64,000 bases of DNA from Zygnema circumcarinatum SAG 698-1b (lineage: Eukaryota; Plantae; Zygnematophyceae): assembly GCA_037447605.1 (NCBI GenBank), contig CM074817.1:496001-560000 (forward strand). The letters are read 5' to 3'. The translations under genes were made by a program, and so were the position numbers. Under the pieces are notes generated by a model that had not been told where the DNA came from, did no database searches, and saw only the letters and a program-made list of their open reading frames with translations. Shown here piece by piece: positions 41,901 to 53,799 of this stretch (the stretch's first letter is position 1; each line of letters opens with the position of its first letter).

Positions 41901-44443
41901 TTGGGGTGGGGCATATGCAGCTTCACTCACGTTGTGAACGCTTCCAAGGAGTTGTCAGATCTCGCGGGCTACGCTGGACGAGTCGCGGAATTGTTTGAAG
42001 CGATTGGTCTCTTGCCTATCACCCCTGCGTCGTTTGCCCCTCGTCCTTCCCCGCCTCCTCCAAATGCCCATCGCCGTCATGCATGTGAACGTGAACATTC
42101 GAAATCTGAAAAGCGAAAAGGTGGTCTTTGGGGGTTTTTCACGTATTTCCTGGACAAGAAGTTTCCTCCTCGCGGTACGGGTGGAAAGTTTTCAAACTAC
42201 GGTGCATTGGTCCAACGCGGTCTTGCGAGAGGGCATCGAGGGGCCGAGACCGCAAAGATTTTTGAGGTCGTGGCTGGAGATGGTGGCAAGGGTTGGCCTG
42301 CGGAGGTTTCACCGTCTGCAGTTGAAAACATTTTCCTATCAAATGGGCAGATTCTGCGATATGCAGTCTTTTTGGTAACAGAGGAAACGTTATTCCGGGA
42401 TACTCGGGACAAGGTTGTTGATAGATCTCACCGTTTGGTGATTGACATTGAGCAGGGTAATGATGTGCTGGAGGAGTACGAAAAAATAAAAAATCGACTT
42501 TGCAACATTTTACGGGAGAAAGGATATTGGACCCAAGCACAGAGTTTAGTCGAAAAGCATGAGAATAAGGCAAACAGTGATGATGCCTTGGACGCGGTGC
42601 GGAAACAGATGCAAGAACAGCTGTTGGTTGCAGCAGAGCTGTGCACACACGCCGCTGGGGGCACACCCGAGGATGGCGAAGAAAGGCCGGAGGGGAGGGG
42701 ACGGGTGTACACAACCGCGCCTTTGGAGGTGCTCGCAGCGGTCTTGAGGGGCTTTGGCGCCGCGGCGGACGAGGGGGCTGGGAGGGCACCCGGAGGGAGG
42801 GAGGGCGGGGGGGGCATCATCGGCCGCGGAGAGGGAACAGGAGTGGCGGGAATGAGCCGTGACGGTGATGTGGCGAGGAGTGAACATGGCAGAGATCAAA
42901 TAGGAGGAGAGGGTGCTCTGAGCAGGGTATGCGAGGAAGTAGGAAATGCATTCGCGTGGGATAAAGGGTCGAAGGACCACTCTATGGAGAGAGACGATTC
43001 CAGTGGGCAGATGGAGCGCGAAACTCAGTTTATGGACAATCTAGGTGACAGCTGGAGGCATAGTGGAGATAGCAGGTTACAGTTGTTTGGGAATCAATCA
43101 GATGAAGCGGCAATTGTCGTGGAGAACATGACATTGAAAGTTCCAGGTTCACATCGGATTTTGGTCAAGGATCTCTCATTTTGTTTGCGTCCTGGAGAGT
43201 CAATTGTAATCATGGGGCCGAGCGGATCTGGAAAATCAAGTTTGATTCGAGGCATTAGTGGACTGTGGCCTCTAGAATCAGGTAAACACAGACATAGAGA
43301 GGACGAAAAAGTAAGGTGTATTCCCGCACGTTGCTGCTTTCCTGCCTGCGTAAGTTGTGTACCACGGTGATACGGAGAAGGAGAAAGGGGAGACCATGCC
43401 TATAATCTCTGGTGTTGGACAGAGAAAGGGAGAAGAAGAGACACTTTTTGAGTACTATTTTGTTGTGCTTTTGCAAACTGCATTGTGTACTGATAGTGCG
43501 TGGTGCTTTTGCAGGGAGGGTGACGATCCCAGCCAATGAGCGAGGAGGCGTGCTGTACCTTCCCCAGAAGCCTCTCTTGGCTCGTGGTGGCTTGGCAGCA
43601 CAAATCACCTATCCAGAGTCGCCACCTGTCATCGGTCTGTCTCCACGAAAGCTAGCTCGGCTAAGAGATGCTTTGGAAAAAGTGGGCATGCTAAAGGTGT
43701 TGCACCGCGCCGGAGATGACTGGGAGGTCAGCTTTCAAGCCCTTGTCCCGACACAAAAAAATGGATGATGATGGCGATAAAGTATGATGACCCTTCGTTT
43801 TTGTTCTGGGATAGTGCCAAAAGCCAGCCTCATGGTAATATTTCCTGTAAAACATGCCACGGGTTGCTTCTTCTCGCTGGGACTATGTGAGTGAAGTCAG
43901 GAAGTGTTTTCGTATGCTTTTCTGTTAAGCGAGCGATCTGTCATGGAACAGGCGGCACTGGAGTGGGACGAGATGCTGTCCCCAGGAGAGCAGCAGTGCC
44001 TCTCTCTGGCCCGCGTGCTGTACCACCGGCCTCCCCTGGCGGTGCTCGACGAGGGCACGAGCGCCATCAACGCAGATGCAGAGGTTAGCAATCGAGGACT
44101 CTCTGTAGAATTTATTTCGTCCCTCTCGCAACATGAGGTGGAGTACAGGAGTATCTCGCTTGCAGTTAATGCGTCGTTGCTGGATGGTGAATCTTTTTAG
44201 GCAAATGCAGATGGAGTTATACTAGGGCCGATTTTGAGCATGGACATGCCCGTATTGCGGCTTTTGTTGTGCATGCTTCAGGCAAGAATATACAAGCACA
44301 TTAAGGACCTTGGCGTGGCTCTGCTGAGCGTCTCCCATCAACCAGCCCTTCGCCAATGGCACGACCGCCTCCTGCAGCTGCAGGGCGACCATGCGGGGGC
44401 GTGGAGCATCAGCACCATTCACAAGCATGGCGCTGCTCTGTGA
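38913..44443 (+). CDS. ABCD4: ABC subfamily D half transporter, ABCD4 (PMP70R)-like, with a very long TMD-NBD linker
   Basis: TMD motifs QVGKIP, WRKELT..HRYY, IDNPDQRIAQ, TGWQGLVS, EADFRMSHIRLKENAESIALYR, NYVVLAVPVLGG..GELAQLIS..SFTHVVNASKELSDLAGYAGRV. NBD motifs GPSGSGKSS, YLPQKP, LSPGEQQCL, LAVLDEGTSA, SVSHQ. All introns traced are GT-AG. Confidence 0.85.
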
Positions 44444-45640
44444 GCTGCTTTGGGCCAGGATTCAGAGTTGGAGTTGGAGCACACGCCTCCTCTGATGTTG
44501 GGGCAGTCACAAACAGGAGACGAGGAACTATGGTAACACAATTCAGTTGTGTTCGGAGAGCATTTTTTTTGGACGGGTTCAACTTCAAACCCCCGCGTAG
44601 GTGTCCATATTTTTCATTTCTTTTTCGATTTAAAAAAAAAATGTCGGAGCAACATGCCTGTCCAGCCATTGGCAATGTAACACATGCATAGGGGCAGGGC
44701 TGTAGGCATGACAGCCACATCTAAAATCACTCGCTGGACCAGGTAGGGAACATAGAACTGTAACCAGTTGCAGACATGGTCGGACAGGCAGGTAGGCTCC
44801 TCCATTCAAAAAAGTTTTTTCTGCAGGAGCGCACTTGCACGTGCTGTGCAGGACCCGTGCGCTGCACAGGTTCAATGCAGTTGGTTGTGGCTCGAAGTTT
44901 GCGTTGTCACGGTTCGGTGATGGAACCTTGCAGGGTCTGGAGCTTGCATCCACCCGTGGTGCGTCTCTAATTGGAGATGTCCTGCGGGTTGGCAAATGTT
45001 GAGGCTTGCTGCCTGCCTGCCTGCCTGCCTGCCTGTACTGTACATAGCAAGCTTCGTGTTTGCATGTCTGGAGAGGAGGGATTTGAATTGTCTTGCCCAA
45101 CATGGCAATCGCTGACTTGTCCCCTACACCATAGCGTCCGCAAGGTGACTAACATACACAACACACTTCACGCATTGCAAACTTTGGACTTCTCGGCTCA
45201 CGAAAACTGAGCTGGACTTCTTGATGTGACCCCATAGATACTCAACAGCTAAGAGGACAAGTGTGAATATGTACAATAAGTTTACAGAGACCTCCGCCAA
45301 TTAAAGGCACGTCATCCGGTCAGCTTGCTCAGCTCCGAGGATGCCGCATCTCCAGACCTCTGTTCCAAACTCAAATGTTTTCTTTGAGGACAGCCACACT
45401 ACATGGCTGGATTTGGCCGACCTTCCCTGGCCGCCAAGCTCTTCTCAGCAGACACTAGTCCACAAAAGTGTCCATTTAAGTGTCCACTTCCACAGTTATG
45501 ACTCGATTTCCCTTCGACCCATAAATCACAGATATTTACAACGGATTAGAGACAATTCTTGTACCGCCTCCTAATCACCTAATCAAGCCCCACATCCGCC
45601 CATCTCTACAAGTGCGTAAGCTAAAAACGGGTGCTTATCT

Positions 45641-47722
45641 TCAACTCGAATGCGGGTTGCGGACACCCGACTTATGCCTCCTTTCCCAGCGCAAGTCTTC
45701 CAGGCACTCTGTGTACGCTTGCCGTACGTCGCCCCCGGCCAGAGTGAGGTAGAATGAGGCTGTCCCGTCGTCAATCTGCAAGCTGCGCTTGAGGGATTCC
45801 ACAACCTTCTCTTTCATCCTCCTCACTGACATTGCTTGATCTCTGCATAACATTGGATACATCACAAGGTCCTCAAATGGTTCATGACGGCTGCACTTGG
45901 AAGATATTGGAAGGGCCTTGAATAAGGGAAGGTGTCTTTCAAGTAATGCCCCTTCTATGAGCCTGGACAGACTAGTCCAAAAGCATGTCTGTGCTTAACA
46001 AGCGCGCCGTCCTCTCTCCGGCCAAACCCTCCAACCTTCAACATTATTCCCATGAAAGACCGCAGCCAAGAGTCAGGTGGACCAGTGCCTGGACTGTTGC
46101 AGATGACTACATATGTTTGCAGAGTTTACCTTGCATTTGCCTCGAGAACCTCAGCATCGCGCCTGCATTCGTCAGGGTAGACAACTGCAACCTCTCTCTT
46201 GGCATGGACATCCATTTCAATAAAACACTTCTTGCCCTCCAGAAACTCTGGCTTTGTTACAGGAATGAGTATCCGTTTACGAGAGTAGATGCCATGATCG
46301 TTCATCGCCGCAGAAAGCAATCCAATCGAGCGCCGAATGTCCATGACCTGCAGAGTACAGCAGATGGTCAACAACTGAATGGACCTACAACCCTATGGAA
46401 TAACACTGAACTTCCATCGTAGGAACATGAAGCAACAGGGAAAACAAAGCTTTGACAGGCACTGCAAAGCTTGGCAAACATGCACGGATACAAGGAGGCA
46501 AAGGTCCTTCTGCTATCCGGGCGTCCAAGTAGGGATATAGATGTAAATTCAAGCGTCTTTCAAACACTGGGAGATGTCGATGTAAAAGCGTAAGGAACAA
46601 AAAACATTCCAATCCAGACCACAAAACCATCTGCCAGAAGCGCACTCAAATAGGCAAACAAGAAGTAAACAGCACGTCCCTTTTCTTCATGATGCGTTTC
46701 TTTACGCTTGACCTACCGAACTGATAGTTTCACTAACTAAAACACTCACTGTGATAAACATTCAATTCAAATGACACACAGGCAGGGACGAAGTATAGGT
46801 TGAAGGGTACCGATGTTCTTGCTAACTATCGGTCTAAGGGCGAAACGGATGACGTCATAATGAACAGTGCAGCCTAGCCTATCCTTGAAAAAAACCGCAA
46901 AGCATGGATACAATTTTCCCCTGCAAATTTAAGACACCAAAAAGAACTGCGTATGAGACACAGGAGGATTTTCATACCTGCACATTGTACTTCACTGCAA
47001 GACTGGCAATTGTGTCCATGCGAGTGAGTTCGTGTGAAATTGCAAATTGAGACAACTTCCCCCGCCAAAAAGAAGACGATGTCGGGACTCCCTCAACTTC
47101 TGAGAGTTTCCACATCAGCATAAACGACTGCGCCCAGAGGTTTCCGTCGCGCACAATATGCCTCCATCGATGACAAACTCCGGACACTCGAGGAAGAGAC
47201 TCCTGCTTCATTTAAACACAGCAGGCCAAAACGAAAGGTAATGTGACGTCCAAGATCCAAGAGGTCAAAATTTGAGGCAATCCTGCAACCCTGCAATGTT
47301 AATATTATGAAACATTGGAGGTCAAGTCACATGTGAAATAAGAAGCTCAATAAGCCTAGCTTGGCCCAGCCTATCATGTCATTTCATTCAGTACGAAATA
47401 AAGGCTGGTGGCACAGGAGACGCACAACCGGCAGGCGCGAGAATATCGAGTATAGGAGGTCGCCCGACAAGCGCGCTGACAAGTCGTCGCCGGTCTCTCC
47501 AACATCGCCGCACGCCGCTCCCTCGCCCTCGCCCTCGCCAACAGCGGCAGGAAGAGGAGGGCCGGAGCCGGCCGGCGCCTGGAGCTGGAGCTTGGCGCTG
47601 TCCGGGCGCTCCTCGAGCAGGCGGATGTCGCGGAGCCACGCGTCGAGCAGGGCGCTGTCCACGCGGTCGTAGTACCACGTCTGCTCGATCACCGCGCTCA
47701 GGCCCCCTCCGAGAGCAGCCAT
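45641..47722 (-). CDS. F-box + LysM domain protein (At1g55000-like)
   Basis: F-box LSGDLLYSIFSRLPV|ESLPRVSGVCHRW. LysM FAISHELTRMDTIASLAVKYNVQ|VMDIRR..MNDHGIYSRKRILIP. Also AKREVAVVY and the C-terminal ESLKRSLQIDDGTASFYL..DLRWER, all matching the conserved plant F-box/LysM family. Confidence 0.9.
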
Positions 47723-47723
47723 C

Positions 47724-47830
47724 CTCCCCTCCCCTCCCCTCCCCTCCCCTCCCCTGCTCCCCTCCCCCTCTCCCCTCCCCCTGGAATGCCTCCCTCCCTC
47801 CCTCCCTCCCTCCCTCCCTCCCTCCCTCCC
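47724..47830. repeat. (CCCCT)n and (CCCT)n purine/pyrimidine tracts immediately upstream of the F-box/LysM ATG
   Basis: Directly visible. Similar GA/CT tracts occur 5' of several other genes (21855-21930, 38840-38885, 5907-5936). Confidence 0.9.
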
Positions 47831-48713
47831 TTGGGCGGTCCGCCGCGCTCCGCTCCGCTCGTTGCCGCCTCCGCCTCCGCCGGGAACGCGCTTGCGTCGC
47901 ATGCCGCGCTACGCCTCCCGATACGCCGATATTAAAATCGATACGGTACGGTAGGACAGTCGACACGCTACGGTATGGTTCGATACTGTACATCACGGCA
48001 CCAAGCTACTTAGGTAACTTCCACCCATTGTTGCCAACAGGGCCAACATTACTAGTGCCATCTCCTTCTTCTTGTTCTCTTTCGATTGATATGCATCTCA
48101 TGTATGGGAAAGGCAGAATTTGCATTAGTCTCACGATGGCGAGGCGAGGCCGTCAAATAATGTACATGGATATAATCAACATGGGGAACCAAAGGAAACG
48201 GTCACAAGCGGCGACCAGTTCCTCGTGGTTCCCGATGATGCTGATTTTGGCCATGTACATTTGATGGCATCATCGCCATCGCGAGATCCATGCCACATCC
48301 ATTCTGCCTAAGGCAAGAGGGGGGAGAGGGGCCGAGAGGGGCGGGCGGGAAGGTTCGCGAGGGCGCGGCCGCCTGCCCGCCTGCCCGCCTGCCCGCGTGG
48401 CCGCCTGCCCGCCGTCCGATCGACCGATCGCCGTCCTCCGCCCGCCCGCCCGCCCGCCCGCTCGGCACCGCCAAGGAAGCCAGTGAGGCAGGCACTGAGG
48501 CAGACAGAAGCGCTGTCCGCCACTCCGCCTTGCCCTCGTCCTCGCCCCCGCCGCGTGCCTACTGCTGCTGCTATTACTGCTGCTGCTGCTGCTGCCGCTG
48601 CTGCTGCTTCCTCCGCCCTCTCCACTCCGCTTCCGGCTGCGATTCGCGTCTCGCACGGCTGCTGCCGCGCTCCGAGCGGACCCGGGGAATGGCCCTCCGC
48701 TGAGCGGCGGCAA

Positions 48714-51700
48714 ATGGACGCGGCCCGCTCCGCTGCTGACAACACGCACCCTCGTGAGGAGGGAGAGGACGCCGGGACACACGCGACTGAGGGAGACGGT
48801 ACTGAGGGGGACGGTGCTGGAAGTAGCAGAAAGAAGGGCTCAGGTGCACCAGGAGAAGAGCTTTTGAGCCTGCAAAACAAGGAAGCAAAGAGGAAACGGG
48901 TAGGAATGAGTTCATGGCCTTTTGTTTATTGGCGAACTTACTGTCGTGTACTTGAATCAATTCGTCTTCGATGTTTCATTCTATAACTTCTTGAGACAGT
49001 TGAATACATCCCTAGGTTCCATCAATATTTTGCTGCCTGGTGTGAATTGTATTTCCCGGCATGCGATCATTCAAACCAGATAGACAGCAGTGTCGTGGAA
49101 CCAGCCAGAAACCATTAGGTCGAAAGTGTTCGCACGTTTCTGTCCTCAAGGTAATTCACACCTAGATGTATTTGTTTATTCTCCATGCTCTCTCTGATCA
49201 ATGAAGCCACTCCGTGAACCTACTCCGCATTCGTTTTCCCTTTAGCAACATATGTGTCTATGCAGGACTCTTGCTTTATAAAGCACCTCCTGTTTGAGAT
49301 AAGTGCGAGTTAGTTGCAGCCGTACGCGGCAGGTTTGTCTAGAAACTAAATAGGCAGTCCTTCAGGTATTTGGACTTCATTTCTTTTATATCACGTCATT
49401 GTAGCCTTGGCTTGAATGGACACGTCCATATCGGGTTACTCTGAGCTTTGATAAATGCGTGCGCAAGCCGCTTGTTGACTGTACTGCGGCTACGCCGCAT
49501 AGAGGTCATTTTGCAGTCCGTTCAATACACTTTTAGGTCCGATGCAAAAGTTACAGTCGCTAGACAGTGGCGGAGGCTGTCCAAGTATCCGTGTGCAACC
49601 GTTCTGGCCGGCATCCCCGCTTCTAATGCGAATTTATTCAGTTGGCCGGCGTGTGGAATCTGTGCGGGTTCAGGCCAGCAAAACTGCGAAACTTAAGCAA
49701 ACGAAGTTGGACGTACGAAGGGAACAGTGGCTCGCTCAGGGTGAGAGCCATATACCTAAAGTGTTATTCTCATGAAAGATACCATGGTGGGGATAGGAGT
49801 GTTTGCGTATTGAATGAGAATTGCATACATATGGACTGTTGCACATGCTCATGTGACGTGTATGCATCCCTGCAGAACAGGCTATTTGTCTGGTTCTGCA
49901 GTCATCGTGCGCAGTAGTCCATGTTGATTAGTTCATGAGGTAGTCCTTTTTTCGATGGTGTTTCGTGTCTGCCCTTTCAATTCTGTAACATAGACCTAAC
50001 CTTTTTGTGAGTTGTGAAGTTGGTATTAGGTCTTGCTCACCACAAGGCAGATAGCAACATTTAGCTCCGTTTTTCCTTCATTTGTTGCAAGTATCTTGGC
50101 ATGGGCAATTCAGAATGCTGGTTCATTTAAAACAAGAAGCAGTCAGTGTGCAGTTATGTGCTTATTGTTAGTTCGTAATGCTGCAGTTGTTGCAACAAAG
50201 AACGGAAGTGTGGTTGCGCCACAGCCAGGCAACGACAGTGGAAAAGAAGGTTTAACGTCCAAGAGCATCTCCGAACAGGAACCTGCCACTACAGGATCGA
50301 GAAAATTTGATTCGAAGAATAGTAGTTGTGGCAATGGCGTTCGAAAGGTGGCTACTCAGGTGTTGGACTTGAACACTGGAGAGTCGCTTGGCAACTGTAA
50401 TGGTGTCCATATGTGTCAATATAATGGACAGGGACATGCGAATCCTATGGCAGATGCAACATTGAGAAATGGTCTCGAGAAGGATTTTGAGTATGCCTGT
50501 TCAAGTGCTCACAGAAGTGATCCACCCCATTGCGGAAAGGACGACCACCAGGTCTGTGAAGGTGAACTAGCCAATACTGGCCTTAGCCCGCTCAGTCTCA
50601 GCCTGAAGTTCCTTGAGGGTACTGGAATTGCGACAGGAAACGAGGGTTCCGATGAGATCAGCGAGTCAATGCTGAAAGGCGTCCAAGGTGGGGCGAGCAG
50701 TGGGAAAGTGCAAGTAAAGGATGCCAAGAAAGACAAAAAGCTGAGCGGAGGGAGGAAGGTGGTTGGAAAAAAAGTAGTTGCTTTTGCAGGTGAACATAAT
50801 GATTTGAATGGTATCAGGCCGGACAAACATGCCCACGTTGTTGATGATGTATTTTCGACGGTCGATGGCAGATCGAATCGGCATGTTTGTGAAGAAGTTA
50901 GCGACATCAAAGGTGGCATTCAGGAGGACGTGGACAGACAGAGGCTAGAAACCAACGGGAGTTGTCAGCACAGAGGAGCAGAGCAGGCTCAAAGTGGCTT
51001 TGGGAGGAAGGAAAAGGGGAAGAAGAAGGGGAGTGGAGGTTCAGGGAAGGAGTTGAGTGAGAATGCTCCAAGTGGGCAGGCAAATGGTCATAACCATGCA
51101 GCAGAAAGTACGGCTTGTACAGAAAATTATAATGGATTGGGAAACCTTACAATTGAGGAGAGGACAGCCACTAGTAGGGAAGGAAGTAGTAGAGCAAGTA
51201 GCAGCTGGGGTGAAAGTGGAAGTGAAAATGAAGAAGGATCTGATGCAGAAGACGACTGGGAAGCTGCTGCAGATGCCTTAACCATGGGGGCAGAGAAAGT
51301 GCACTTGCGAAATGGGAAAGTAGGGCATGTGTTTCGAGATGAGAGGGATGCGCGATCGGACGGGAGCAAGGTCAGCACAGGTGTTGGAAAATTGCTAATT
51401 GGGAATGCTTCCAATGCTGCGACAGATGGTGGAGCTGCTGGCAGAGTAAGACCAGGTGTTCGCTTTAATGAGCTTGCGATGCCAGTCTCCGGAGGACTTA
51501 GGAAAAATGTATTTTCACATCAGAATAGCTTTCCTGGCACAGGCCATCACCTCGAGTTTCAATTTGAGGCAGGAGCACTGCGGCCGGAATATAAGTACAA
51601 TGACGTGGGTATGGGGCTGAGGTCACGATCAATCAATGGCCGAGCATGGCGGCCCGATGATGTGGCACGACCCCAGACACTGCCTCCACCGTCCGAAGGA

Positions 51701-52009
51701 AAATCAGAGGGAAGTAGCATGGAGTATATGAATTCAACTCCTGGAGGTAGAGAGGGCTGGCAAGTGGGAACGCTTGTAAAAAGGACAGGCTGGGGAGTGC
51801 CACCCCCGGCGCCATCCTTTTGCCCGATTTGCACCGAAGAGTTGGATATGACAGATTCCTCGTTCGTCCCTTGCTCGTGTGGATTCAGGCTGTGCCTGTT
51901 CTGCCATCACCGCATAGCATCAGACGACGGCCGTTGCCCCGGCTGTCGGAAAGTCTACAGCTCCGAGGCGGCCACAAAGCGCACGCCCAGCCTCTGGCTG
52001 CGAGTTTGA
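48714..52009 (+). CDS. Plant NOT4-like C4C4 RING E3 ligase with a C-terminal RING
   Basis: Exons 48714-48900, 49674-49740 and 50187-52009. The N-terminal motif is KRKR|ASKTAKLKQTKLDVRREQWLAQ, with DDWEAAADAL internally. The RING reads CPICTEELDMTDSSFVPCSCGFRLCLFCHHRIASDDGRCPGCRKVY. Confidence 0.9.
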
Positions 52010-53799
52010 TCCCTCCCTCTAAATATTTAGGTGTCGTGTCCAGAGACGAGAGTCAAAAAGGAGCTGAGTGCACAGAGGCGTTAACGTCCCGGCGGCTCAC
52101 AAGCTGACAGAGCTAGTTGGGCTTACAGGGCAGGTGTTGTACTTAAGCAGAATGAGGAGGATCAAGTTAGCCCTCCTGTAGTCATTCAGATGGAGGGACT
52201 GGTGGGGGTTGCTTTACCCTCCTTGTTCGACGCATGTAATTTGATTTAGGTACAGTGAGGTTTTGCATTATCTCAATTTTGGGGTGTAAGGGTTCATAGA
52301 ATGGTAGGCAGGACGTGGATGCGGACTGTTGTTTTGATTACAGGCCTGTTTGTCGTTCTCTCAATGTCCTTTGGACTATGCAACGACTAAATAGAATGCA
52401 AATGTGTCCCGACTCCGCGCAGCGGGTCCACCCGCAAACGTGGAGGGAGGTCCGATGCGCAGCTCAATGGCCGCTTGGAGCTGATGCGTTCTGTCTGTCT
52501 GCCCTCTCCGGATGCCCCTTTGGCTCTCCAGGAGACAGATGATGATATGAGGCGAACAGTGGGCTTGGCGTGAGAGACAGCTGGCACAGCAGGTGTCCTG
52601 TCGGTGCCAGCTTCTGCAGCTGTGATTTTTGAATGCATGGCTCGTTTGGCGATGGTCTGTTCTGCTCTGTAGTCGTTGGCATTTTGTCTTTCAACTGGGA
52701 CATTCACGGAGGTTTGGACCTATTGCACTTATTTCGATTTGATGAAAATCCTAAAAGCATAAAACGATATCAATTTACAGAAAAAAATTCTAATCATGTG
52801 TTACAGTTTTCGAAGGACAAGTTCATTGCATTCCTCAGTATAGAGATAAATGTTGCGTAGAAGCAAGGTCCATGGCAATGGTCAGCATCGCAATGCTTAA
52901 GGGTGTAACAACATATGCAAAGCAAGCGACCTTCTCAGCCGCGTTCCAAGCTCTCCAAGGAAGTGCACAAGCATTCGGTGCTCCGTCAGTGACTGGTTAC
53001 ATCATGTCCTACTAAAATATATCGAGTGATGAACCTGCTATCCGCTACCAGCCTAAAGCGTACATGCGCTACATCATGCCGAAGAACACTCCTTTGCGAT
53101 CTTCACTTGCAACTGTAGAAACCGTGCTCTTACAACTAAGTTTTGCGACTGCCCTATTGGGCACAGTGAGTAGAACCTGTCAACAGTGCTTATCCGGCCT
53201 GTCTAACGGTCCGTAATCAGCCTCTCGTGGAAGTCAGGGTGGCGTTTACAGGGTAAAGTTGGGGCGCTGTGTTTACATGATGGCTGATGAATCCTTATTC
53301 CTTGTCGACCAAAACCAGACAACGATTAACCACCCCCCCGTCTACGAGGTTGAAGTTCCATAACTTCATTAAAAAGGCATAGAAACTCCTGCGCATGGCC
53401 GGCAAGTTGTCTTGGTGAATTAAATAATTGACTAGCCAGTTCCATTTCAAGACCCTGCTAAAATTATGAGCACAAGCGAGCAGGCAGGTTCAGCAAGTGC
53501 AGGGCCTGTTCACCTGCGCATTGCCGGAGGTCGCCCCAATTTGCTGCCGTGAAGTTCTGCAAACGCCTCGCAGGCCCACGGCATGTGCCCGTCTGCCACG
53601 ACTCTGCTCTCACCCGCAGCCAACAACCGCCCTGTGACTCCTACAAAGAGAGTGTTCCCCCCCATACAGACGTCAAAGAGATCGCAAATCACTTTGGATC
53701 GAAGCTTACCTCTGCGTTCGAACAAAGGAATTCCACCAATGCATCATCAATTTCTCCTCTCGAGAGACATCCACGAATTCCTCCAGCAGCTGCAACCAA

